Part shown: positions 23,451 through 34,513 of the stretch, piece after piece
How the letters are laid out: each line of letters starts with the position of its first letter
Position numbering within the stretch: the first letter of the stretch is position 1
Assembly (NCBI GenBank): GCA_030390025.1
Contig: CM059431.1
Span: 69,006,001-69,070,000 of the forward strand
Reading direction: 5' to 3'
DNA length: 64,000 nt
Source of the DNA: Squalus acanthias
Lineage: Eukaryota
The notes under the pieces: model-generated
The model's database searches: none
The model's input: only the letters and a program-made list of their open reading frames with translations
What the model was told of the DNA's origin: nothing
Program-made: the position numbers and the translations under genes

Positions 23451-23649
23451 TATCAGTTACATTAAACACGTGCAGTGCAGATAATGCAATACAAATGTTT
23501 CCAAAACGTGTATAGTGGCAGAACCGCCAATGGGGAAATCAGCTTTAGAAACCCACCTAAACAAAGGGGACTCTGTTAACTTTTTGAATAGTGACCGACC
23601 AAAACCAGTCTCACTTCGTAGTCTGTTTCTGAATAATGAAGTATAGTAA

Positions 23650-23990
23650 AGGGGTTGATGAGAAAGTAGATATAATAGAGGAGAACGTGGAATATTTGTT
23701 AGAAATAACTACAAAGAAATCGGTTCTGAAAGAATGATCAGAAATCCAAGTGGATAAATCACCCTGTCCTGATGCCATACACCCCAGGCTGTTAAAGGAA
23801 GTCAGTGAAGGGATAGTAGAGACTTGCACCAGATTTTTTTAATTATCCTTAGATCTGCAAATTGTGCTTGATGACTGGAGGGTAGCCAATATGACAAAAA
23901 GCAACTGCAAATGCTGGAAATCTGAAAACCAGCATAGAAAAAGCTGGAAATACTCAGCAGGTCAGGCAGCATCTGTGGAGATACAGAAGT
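23650..23990. mobile_element. Old CR1 fragment (+, 23650-23890) followed by a Penelope terminal-repeat fragment (-, 23895-23990)
   Basis: DKSPCPDAIHPRLLKEV...DDWRVAN; then CTGCAAATGCTGGAAATCTGAA...CTCAGCAGGTCAGGCAGCATCTGTGGAG, similar to the reverse complement of 42000-42083. Confidence 0.7.
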
Positions 23991-24399
23991 CAGTCGACAT
24001 TTTAGAAATGTGGGTCAGCCACATAACTAAATGCAAAAGTAGCAAGTGTCTGAAGGCAGTTTCATCCAGCGCCAAGAATCACTTTGTCGGTGGTTGTGCA
24101 ACTAGTCCATTGTACTACCATTTGTGATCTAATGGCAGGATATTTTTGGCTATCTTGTCTTCTGTATTTATGCATCTGTGGAACACCAGCTTCCCCTAAC
24201 TTTAAAAGAACCCAGAAGAGAAGTGAAAACGTGGCTTCAGCTATCTTTATGAAAATAGAACCAACGTTTCATGCTTTATCACAATTTAGGAGAATATGAT
24301 GGAAGTGATGCTATTCCAGCATCCATAGCATAAATGCTGGGTGTCTATTAAAACTAAAGGCATTGTGGTTTTTCCCTTAACTGTAAGTTGGACGAGTCA

Positions 24400-24690
24400 A
24401 GCCCTGCAAACCCCAGGGTACTGCTGGAATTTAATCAGATAAAATTGCAGTTCTTTCCTGCACAGAGCATGAGTAAACTTCTGCTTGTCCAGTCAGGACC
24501 ATCTGATCTGTTAGAACATTTTTTTACTACTCATGACAATGAGGAACATGCAGCTACCTAGGTCTTGGTGAAGCAGACCATTGGGATGATGAAACCAAGA
24601 TTCAGATATTTCAGCACACCAGGGGAAGTCTTGTGGTACAACCTGACCAAGGTATCCCAGATTATTTTATGTGCCATTTCCTTGACTATC
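24400..24690 (+). pseudogene. Very old Harbinger transposase remnant
   Basis: VKQTIGMMKPRFRYFSTPGEVLWYNLTKVSQII aligns by eye with [33 protein letters not shown] of the 56.6-kb transposase. Confidence 0.6.
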
Positions 24691-24847
24691 CCTTTGACCT
24701 CATCTGCTCTTTCGAGGTTGGCTGCCGCATTTCCTACATTACAGCAGTGACTACACTCCAAAGTACCTCGTTGGCTGTAAACTGCTTTGGGACATCCTGC
24801 AATTTATTTCCTTCTTTCATCTCAATCAATGACAAAACTATTTCTGA

Positions 24848-25950
24848 TCATAAGAACATAAGAACATAAGAAATAGGAGCAGGAGTAGGCCAATCGGCCC
24901 CTCGAGCCTGCTCCGCCATTCAATAAGATCATGGCTGATCTGATCCTAACCGCCAATCTACTATCTATCACAGAACCATCTCCTGCATCTAACAGAATTG
25001 CACACACGAAATAGGAGCAGAATCAGGCTGCACAGTCCCTGGGCCCGCTCCACTACCCACAGGGCCATGACCGATCCGAACCTAGACTCATGTCCAAATT
25101 CCTGCCCGCTCCCCGTAACCCTTAATGCCCTTTACTTCTAGGAAACTGTCTATTTCTGTTTTAAATTTAATTAATGTTGTAGCTTCTACAGCTTTTTGTG
25201 GCAGCATATTCCATGGACCTACCACCCTCTGAGTGAAGTAGTTCCTCCTCATCTCAGTTTTGAAAGAGCAGCCCCTTATTCTAAGACTATGTCCCCTAGT
25301 TCTCGTCTCACCCGTCATCGGGAACATCCTCCCCGCATCCACCCGATCCAACCCCTTCACAATCTTATATGTTTCAATAAGATCGCCTCTCATTCTTCTG
25401 AACTCCAATGAGTAGAGTCCCAATCTACCCAACCTCTCCTCATATGACCACCCCCTAATCCCCGGGATTAACCGAGTGAACCTTTTTTGCACTGCCTCGA
25501 GAGCAAGGATGTCTTTCCTTAAGTAAGGACACCAAAACTGTATGCAGTATTCCAGGTGCGGTCTCACCAATACCTTGTACAACTGAAGCAATACCTCCCT
25601 ATTTTTATATTCTATCCCCCTAGCAATGAAAGCCAACATTCCATTTGCCTTCTTAATCACTTGCTGCACCTGCATACTAACCTTTTGAGTTTCGTGCACC
25701 AGGACCCCCAGATCCCTTTGCACTTCAGTACTCTCCAGTTTCTTGCCATTAAGATAATAAATTGCTCTAGGATTTTTCCTGCCAAAGTGCATCACCTCAC
25801 ACTTTCCAGTGTTGTATTCCATCTGCCAAATCTCTGCCCACTTACTTAGCCTGTCTATGTCCCCTTGCAGGTTTTTTATGTCCTCCTCACTCACTACTTT
25901 CCCTCCCATCTTTGTATCATCTGCAAATTTTGATATGTTACACTTGGTCA
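24848..25950 (-). mobile_element. Young CR1 LINE, 5'-truncated
   Basis: Uninterrupted RT C-terminal frame ([21 protein letters not shown]) to the stop at 25088; complete 3' UTR and tail repeat. Confidence 0.95.
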
Positions 25951-26259
25951 CTCTTCTGCCTTCCTTCAACTCAAGTCCCCCTCTTGAGTTATGCAAAGCC
26001 ATAATTTCATTTTATTGTGGAAAAAATGTTTTTGCCTTGGTGGTGGTCCCTTTAATTTCAGTTAGGTGTAATTGCAGCATGATATATCAAATAGGCAGTT
26101 TCCATTATAAATGTCGTCATAAGAAATTTATAATAGTAATATATAAAAATGAGAACTGAATGTATGACTTCAAAATGGGAACTGAATTATGTCCAAGCGT
26201 CCAATTATACCTTGCTTTCTAACCCTGCTCTGAGCAGTGGCAGTGCACCCACGATTTTC

Positions 26260-26745
26260 TGCTATGTGGTTGCCATGGACGCGGACTCGGAAAGTCCTGT
26301 CTGCTGTGTGTTTTACGCAAGACGTTCAGTTGTAACGCCTTTAATTGGTCTTTTACAGGTTTGCATGATTCAGTATTATTCTGAAAAGAACTGGCCGGGA
26401 GAGATACTGTTTTAACCTTGAATATATTGTAATACAGTACCACATATGTAACTAGTAATTTATGTTTCTCTGTACGTTTATATTGGATAATTTATTTCAG
26501 CCTAATAAGATTTAAGAGTATGCGATGGTGAGAGATGGCCAGTGGGAGCTTTGGTATCTTGGAAACGTCTGTGCGCTGAAGGCGGGAGGTGCATGCGATA
26601 TCCCGGGATTTATTTCAGCGCCACTTTACGTTAGAGGCCAGCAGGGAAATTAACCCGCACAAACGAAGCGCCAATCAAAGGCAGCAGCGCGAAATGCCAG
26701 CGCAACAGCGGCAACAAACGCTGACTTCTTCAGTTAAAACGTCTG
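26260..26745 (+). promoter_or_regulatory. Putative alternative promoter/enhancer with RFX, E2F, Myb and CCAAT motifs
   Basis: X-box-like GTTGCCATGGAC (26269-26280); Myb CAGTTG (26327) and CAGTTA (26731); E2F-like GGCGGGA (26581), GCGCCAA (26668) and GCGCGAAA (26687); CCAAT (26671). CpG-retaining unique sequence. Confidence 0.5.
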
Positions 26746-26809
26746 ATATTAAAAACAGGAGCACCAAATTGTGAAGGATAGGAAAATAAGCTTTTATTTA
26801 CATTTTCAG

Positions 26810-26913
26810 AAATGTATCCACGTAAACGCTGGTCAATTAGTGTGGGTTCTTCCAACTTTCAATCCTAGTAAAACAGAAAGAAGTTACTCCTGGACCAGAA
26901 AGATAACCTGAGG
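26810..26913 (+). other. Putative additional 5'-UTR exon
   Basis: Acceptor TTTTATTTACATTTTCAG (ends 26809) and donor GAGG|GTAAGT (26914). Confidence 0.4.
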
Positions 26914-27175
26914 GTAAGTGTAAGTGTGTTTGAGTGTTTACAAAGATTAGCCGTTTTAGGGCACTCCGTTATGGCGAATGATGCAATTCAGAGCCAAGAT
27001 GCACAATTAGCATTCATTTCACTGGCAGGTTGCATTTGTGCAAGTCGGGCAGGCTCAACTGTGATGCTCCTTACATTTGGCTACCAACATTCACAGTCTG
27101 GACTGGCATGAAGAATTGGCACTTTAGGAACATTAATTATATTAACGTTTTGGTTTTTATTTGGTAACAAATTAT

Positions 27176-28670
27176 TGCTAGATCTTGCTGGAAAAATAAC
27201 CGTGTGTTAATGATGCACAGTGTTATTTATGGCCCGGATTTTGTGTTCCCCATGACGGCGTACGCTGTCGTAAGCCTTGTAAAAGGCCCCGCAAGTTCCC
27301 GCATGCGCTGCGAATGCGCGAAAACCTGGAACTTGCGATCGGTCAAGGTTCGCCTTGACAGATCATCTGCACCAACCCAAAAATCATTTCGCTGGCACAG
27401 AGATGGGCTATTTGCCCAACTACTGCCCAGCAAATGCCCACAAAACCCTTACGCCTAGTAAAAGCAGGCGTAGGGCCTGCTTTCACCAGCTTAAGGGTTA
27501 ATATAAATCTTAAATTAAAAATTTTAAAATAAAAATTCATGCACAAACATTTGAAATTAGTTTATGTAAATTTTGGCCCGGATTAAAATGTTTAATGCAT
27601 TTTTATTGTAAATGCTTAATTGAAGGAACTTTTAATTAAATTTGAAAATGGGAACATTTATTTTTTATTCCAGTTTTATAAATTATTTAATTATTTGGGG
27701 ATTCCTCATATGCTTATGGAGATTCCGTTCATAAATGGAATCCCCATAAGCATATTAGGAATCCTCCTTTCTTATTAGAGGACCTGGCCCATGTGATCCA
27801 AGGGACACTTCTGAACCGCCTGCGTCCCTGGGACCCGTGGGCCTTTATGCAGGCGTACGCCTGCAGGCCCAGGACCCGAAGTCTCCGAAGCCCGGGAGCC
27901 TGAAGGTAGGTGCGGATTTTTTCATCGGGTCGGAGGCGTACTCTGGAGGTATGCCTCCGACCACAAATTCCAGCCCAATGTGTAAATCGGCTAGCAAGTT
28001 CAGGGGATTAAGATATATGCTGTGAGTTGCGAATCTCCAGAACTTGCTGGTCAATTTACACCGTTCCTCCGTTTGCTTCGCACGAACGGCATCTCGTCCT
28101 TAGCCTCTCTGTTATTTTTAAAAACCTGCTGGATTTGCACATTAATTGCCCATTAAACTCGCCACAGAAACTTAAGATTGGTAAATAAGAGTGTGAGTGC
28201 CTTTTTAACAAAGTGATAATTGTTAATACAATGTCAATCAACCTCTCTGGTCCAGAAAGGGAACAATTATAAGTGTTCAATTTAATTCCTGCATGTAGTC
28301 AATTATTAGAGACTTTAAAAATGTCATTTGTTTGTTTTCTTTTCTTCTGTCTCACTTTCTCTCTCTCTTAATCCAATCTTTCTGTCGCTTTATTTTTATT
28401 TCTGTGCCTAATTTGACTCTAATTTACACATTCTAATTTATCCTCCTTCTCCGTTGTTCCGCTTTCTTTCTAAATCGAATTGGTTAAGGAAATGCACTGC
28501 GGGTCCCGCCATTAACTAAGGTTCCAGATGCCCCATTGCTCTCGCAATGCCATTATCAGCTCGCACTTGCAGCAAGTTATGGCGCAAAACATTTTCGAGC
28601 TGAAGGGTGCAGGAAAAAGTCTTACTAACGGCCTATGCTGTGAGCTTCTTCGCTCCTGCAAGATCTGGCC
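27176..28670. mobile_element. Non-autonomous DNA transposon (MITE-like) containing a nested MITE
   Basis: Degenerate termini GCTAGATCTTGC / GCAAGATCTGGCCC; non-coding with an AT/CT-rich centre. Confidence 0.55.
27231..27976. mobile_element. Harbinger-type MITE, nested
   Basis: TIRs GGCCCGGATTTTGTG / CACAAATTCCAGCCC; flanks TAT/AAT; CpG-rich ends, AT-rich core, internal palindromes. Confidence 0.75.
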
Positions 28671-28739
28671 CATTAAGTACCAAAAAGACTATTAGACAAA
28701 GAATATTGGATAGATTTGAGTTATGATTCAGGGAAGAAA

Positions 28740-28920
28740 AGAAAGAACTTGCATTTATATAGTACGTTTCACGTCCTCAGGACGTCTCTAAGTGCTTTAC
28801 AGCTAATTAATTATTTTGAAGTGTGGTTGTTGTTATGTAGGTAAATACAGCAGCCAATTTTCACACGAGGTCCCGCAAACAGCAATGATATAAATGACCT
28901 ATTAATCTGTTTTGGTGGTA
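28740..28920 (-). mobile_element. DeuSINE-like SINE 3' fragment
   Basis: Similar to 9215-9385; another short + strand fragment lies at ~24715-24800. Confidence 0.75.
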
Positions 28921-29649
28921 TCTTAAAGCGTATTGTGACATTTTCCTCCTGACTTTTCTACTCTTTCTTCCTTATTATGTTGAACCGGCTGGTCATATTT
29001 CATTTCTGATGCAGCACAATCCTTGAACCTGAAATCGAACAACAAAATCACTGTGTGAAATTCTGTCATGTCTATATTGTTCACTAGATGGAGCTTGTGT
29101 AATGTTAATAGCACAATAACAGGTTCAAATACTGCATGGCTCACTTTGAAAAATTGAGTATGATCGTACCACCAAGTTCTTGGACTAATTATCTACAATA
29201 ATTGTTTCCAACCCTGGTATTTTTTTGTTTTGCACTCCACTTCACTGTGGAGCCAGTTTGTGCCTGATTTACATCTCAAGTGTAATGTTGGTGTTAAGTG
29301 GTTTTGGCTTTGCCTCTAGGCTAAACCTACAGTGTGAATGCACCGCAATACTACTTTATAATGCATTGATGGGAACATCAGTCATCTATCTAAATGGGTC
29401 CATGTACGGTATTTAGAATATTCTATTTAGTGCTGCTCACAATAATTCTTTACAAAAATATAGTTCTCAACATGGATGAAACCAAATCTTGTGAGGATTA
29501 ACTTAAGAAAACTTGTATTCTTACTGAAGTGGACTTTGAAAGAAATAAAATGGAAGGAATAGGAGAAAGTAACTGCTAAAATTAAGAAATTTGCAGTTAA
29601 ACTTCTATCAGAACATAATCTATTTAAAGTTAAACATTCTAAACTTAGT

Positions 29650-30800
29650 ATCATAGAATCTTACAACACAGAATGAGGCCATTTGGCCCATCGTGCCTGT
29701 GCCGGCTCTTTGTAAGAGCTATCCAATTAGTCCCACTCCCCTGCTCTTTCCCCATAGCCCTGCAATTTTCTCCCTTTCAAGTATTTATCCAATTCCCTCT
29801 TGAAAGTTATGCTTTCATGCAATGCATTCCAGATCATCATAACTCACTGCATAAAATAAATTCTCCTCATCTCACCTCTGGCTTTTTAGCCAATTAACCT
29901 GAAATCTGTGTCCTCTGATTACCGACTCTTCTGCCACAGTAAACAGATTCTCCTTATTTACTCTATCAAAACCCTTCATGATTTTGGATGCCTCTATTAA
30001 ATATCCCCTTAACCTTCTCTGCTCTAAGGAGAACAATCCCAGCTTTTCTAGTCTCCCCATGTAACTGAAGTCCCTCATCCCTGGTACCATTCTAGTAAAT
30101 TTCCACTGCACCCTCTTCAAGGCCTTGACACCCTTCCTAAAGTGTGGTGCCCAGAATTGGAGACAATACTCCAGCTGAGGCCTAACCAGGGATTTATAAA
30201 GATTTAGCATAACTTCCTTGCTTTTATACTCTATGCCTCTATTTATAAAGCCATGGATTTGATGCTTTTTTAACAGCCTTCTCAACTTGTCCTGAACCAT
30301 CCAGCCTAATCCCAATTTCCAGCTCTTGGTCCGTAACCTTGTAGGTTACGGCACTTCAAGTGCATATCCAAGTCCTCTTCTGTTCCTTTAATTCTAACCA
30401 AATAGATTCAGTCCTTGAACCCTCAAGCACATCATCTCTTTCCAGGGTTGTCTTATAATACGGTCTGCCAAATCATCAATGGATAGTCCATAGATTCCCC
30501 CCTTCCCTTCCCTTCCCCAAACACACAGGAACCTCATTCACCAATGCAGCTTTGATCAATACTGCCACTGCCCTCCCCTCTTTTTTTTTTTTCCTTCCCT
30601 ATTTTTCCTGAATACATTATACCCAGGAATATTAAGTTCCCATTCCTCCCCTGGTTTGAGCCAGGTCTCTGTTTTTGCCACTATATCATAATGGCAACTG
30701 GTACCTGCAGCTCACCATCCTTATTTGCCACAGTCTATGCATTTACGCACATGCCCTCCAAACCCACCTTAGTCTGCCTTGTATTTCTCTCCTGTCTGAT
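29650..30800 (-). mobile_element. CR1 LINE fragments (3' fragment 29650-30295 plus adjacent pieces of other copies)
   Basis: LYKSLVRPQLEYCLQFW...LEQRRLRG (29872-30260); 30300-30372 matches the 3' region of the CR1 at 49610-49685. Confidence 0.85.
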
Positions 30801-31209
30801 GCCTTCTATTTCTGAACTACTCTCTTATTCTAACCTGTTCACCAAGTTTCATAAATACAAAATATTTTGAATAATTGGTTGAGCCTCAGTGGATGGGGTA
30901 AAAGTTTGGAGCCTTGGGTGAGATAATGATATAAATGCTTCCCATGAGCACATATTCAGAGAGAAAGCTTAACAATTCTTGGGCCTAATTTTCAAGATGC
31001 TTCATGTGTAATATTGATGAGCTCTTTTACTATGGGGAAACATCATAGCCAAGTCTGATGCTGTCCTTGGTCTCTGTCCACATAAGCAGTATCCAGCCTG
31101 GGTCACTGGATAACAATCAGGAGAGAGAGCACTATTTGTGATACATGGGGACCAATGGGCTTTTCTCAATACAATAGCAATAATGATGCACATTCTATAT
31201 AGTGCCTTT

Positions 31210-33085
31210 ACATAAGAACATAAGAAATAGGAGCAAGAATAGGCCACTTGGCCCCTCGAGCCTGCTCCGCCATTAAATAAGATCATGGCTGATCTTGGGC
31301 TCAAAGCCACTGCCCCGCCCACTCCCCTTAACCCTTCACTCCTTTATCTTGCAAAAATCTGTCTATCTCCACCTTAAATGTATTTAATTACCCAGCCGCC
31401 ACAGCTCTCTGGGGCAGAGAATTCCACAGATTTATGACCCTCTGAGAGAAGAAATTCCTCCTCATCTCAGTTTTAAAAGGGCGACCCTTTACTCTGAAAC
31501 TATGCCCCCGAGTTCTAGATTTCCCCATGAGGGAAAACATCCTCTCTGCATCTACCTTGTCGAGCCCCCTCAGTATCTTATATGTTTCAATAAGATCACC
31601 TCTCATTCTCCTAAATTCCAATGAGTATAGGCCCAACCTGCTCAACCTTTCTTCATAAGTCAACCCCCTCATCTCAGGAATCAACCGTGTGAATCGTTCT
31701 CTGAACTGCCTCCAATGCAAGTATATCCTTCCTTAAATAAGGAGACCAAAACTGTACGCAGTACTCCAGGCGTGGTCTCACCAATACAGTTGTAGCAGGA
31801 CTTCCCTGCTTTTATACTCCAAACCCTTTGCAATAAAGTCCAACATTCCATTTGCCTTTTTGGTTAGTTGCTGTACCTGCATGTGTTTCATGCACAAGGA
31901 CCCCCAGGTCCCTCTGAACTGTAGCATTTTGTAATCTCTCTCCATTTAAATAATAATTTGCTTTTTTATTTTTCCTGCCAAAATGTATAACCTCGCACTT
32001 TCCCACATTATACTCCATCTGCCAAATGTTTGCCCACTCACTTAGCCTGTCTATATCCCTTTGCAGATTCTTTGAGTCCTCTGCACAACTTGCTTTCCCA
32101 CCCATCTTTGTATCATCCGCAAACTTGGCTACATTACACTCGATCCCTTCATCCAAGTCATTAATGTAGATTGTAAATAGTTGAGGCCCCAGCACCGATC
32201 CCTGTGGCACCCCACTAGTTACCGTTTGCCAACCGGAAAATGACCCATTTATCCCGACTCTCTGCTTTCTGTTAGTTAGCCAATTCTCTATCCATGCTAA
32301 TATATTACCCCCAACTCCGTGAGCTCTTATCTTATGCAATAACCTTTTTATGTGGCACCTTATCGAATGCCTTCTGGAAATCCAAATACACCACATCCAC
32401 TGGCTCACTCTTATCCACCCTGCTTGTTACATCCTCAAAGAACTCCAGCAAATTTGTTAAACATGATTTCCCTTTCATAAAACCATGCTGACTCTGCTTG
32501 ACTGCATTATGATTTTCCAAATGCCCTGCTACTGCTTCCTTAATGAAGGACTCCAGCATTTTCCCAACGACAGATGTTAGGCTAACTGGTCTATAGTTTC
32601 CTGCTTTCTGTCTCCCTCCTTTCTTAAATAGGGGTGTTACATTTGCAGTTTTCTAATCTGCTGGGACCTCTCCAGAGTCCAGGGAATTTTGGTATATTGC
32701 AACCAATGCATCCACCATCTCAGCAGCCACTTCTTTTAAGACCCTGGGATGCAGGCCATCTGGTCCAGGGGACTTGTCGTCTTTTAGTCCCATTATTTTA
32801 CCAAGTACTTTTTCCTTAGTGATAGTGATTGTCTTTAGTTCCCCCTCCCTGTGGTCCCTTGATTATCCATTATTGGGATGTTGTTAGTGTCTTCTACCGT
32901 GAAGACAGATACAAAATATTTGTTCAGAGTCTCTGCCACTTCTCCGTTCCCCATTATTAATTCCCCATTCTCATCCTGTAAGGGACCAACGTTTACTTTA
33001 GCTACTCTCTTCCTTTTTATATACCTGTAGAAGCTCGCTACTTTCTGTTTTAATATTTCTTGCCAGTTTACTCTCATAATTCATC
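31210..33085 (-). mobile_element. CR1 LINE, 5'-truncated, frameshifted RT
   Basis: [44 protein letters not shown] and KFADDTK motifs; 3' UTR and tail. Confidence 0.95.
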
Positions 33086-33094
33086 TTCATCTTA

Positions 33095-33427
33095 AACATA
33101 TAAAAAGTCCCAAAATGCTTCACAGACATAATAAAAAAAATTAAAGGCTGAGCCAAAGGAGATAGTGGATGGGGTAACCAAGAGCTTGGTCAAAGATGTG
33201 AGTTTTGAGGAGGATCTTAAAGTAGGAGAGGAATGTGGAGAGACCAAAGCATTTATAGAGGGAACTCCAGGGCATGAGGCCTAGTGGGCTGAAGACATGG
33301 CCTTCAAGCACAAGAGGCCAGAGTCAAGAGAACGGAGAGTTCGGACAGCGGTGATGGGTGAGTGGGACTTAGTACGGGATAGGATAAAGGCTGACAATAT
33401 ACAGGCAGTGGAGGGGTTGAAAGAGGT
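33095..33427 (-). mobile_element. L2 LINE 3' fragment (decayed)
   Basis: Similar to 21910-22340; probably the same element as 36612-36867, split by the CR1 insertions. Confidence 0.65.
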
Positions 33428-34513
33428 ACATAAGAACATAAGAAATAGGAGCAGGAGTAGGCCATTTGGCCCTTCAAGTCTGCTCCACCATGCAACAAGA
33501 TCATGGCTGATCTTCTACCTCAACTCCACCTTCCCGCACTATCCCCATATCCCTTAATTCCCAAAAATGTATCGACCTCTGTCTTGAATATACTCAACGA
33601 CTGAGCATCCACAACTCCCTGTGGTAGAGAATTCCAATGATTCACAACCCTTTGTGTGAAGAAATATCTCCTCATCTCAGTCCTAAATGGCCAACCTCTT
33701 ATTCTGAGACTGTGACCCCGTGTTCTAGATTCCCCAGCCAGGGGAAACATTTTCTCAGCATTAACCCTGTCAAGCTCCTTAAGAATTTTATATGTTTCAA
33801 TTAGATCACCTCTCATTCTTCTAAACTCTAGTCTACTCAATCTCTCCTCATAGGGCAATCCCCTCATCCCAGCAATCAGTCTAGTGAACCTTTGTTGCAC
33901 TCCCTCTAAGGCAAGTATGTCTTTCCTTGGGTAAGGAGACCAGAACTGTACACAGCACTCCAGGTGTGGCCTCACCAATGCCCTGTATAATTGCAGTAAA
34001 ACTTCTTTACTCTTGTACTCTAATCTCTTTGTAACAAACGCTAACATACCATTTGCTTTCCTAATTGCTTGCTGTACCTGCATGCTAACTTTCTGTGATT
34101 CATATACAAGGACGCCCAGATCCCTCTGAATGCAAACATTTCCCAGTCTCTCACCATTCAAAAAATATTCTGCTTTTTTGTTTTTCCTACCAAAGTGGAT
34201 AACTTCACACTGCCCCACATTGTAATCCATTTGCCATGTTCTTACCTGCTCAGTCAACCTGACTATATCTCTCTGCAGTCTCTTTGCGTCTCTTCACAGC
34301 TTACCTTCCCACCTAACTTTGTATCATCAGCAAACTTGGATACGTTACACTCAGTGCCTTCATCTAAGTCATTAATATAGATTGTAAATAGCTGAGGCCC
34401 AAGCACTGATCCTTGTGGTACCCCGCTAGTTACAGCCTGCCAACCTGAAAAAGTCCCATTTATTCCCTACTCTCTGTTTTCTGTCCATTAACCAATCCTC
34501 AATCCATGCTAAT
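33428..34513 (-). mobile_element. CR1 LINE, 5'-truncated
   Basis: RT C-terminal ORF 33520-34257, 3' UTR and tail repeat. Confidence 0.95.
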
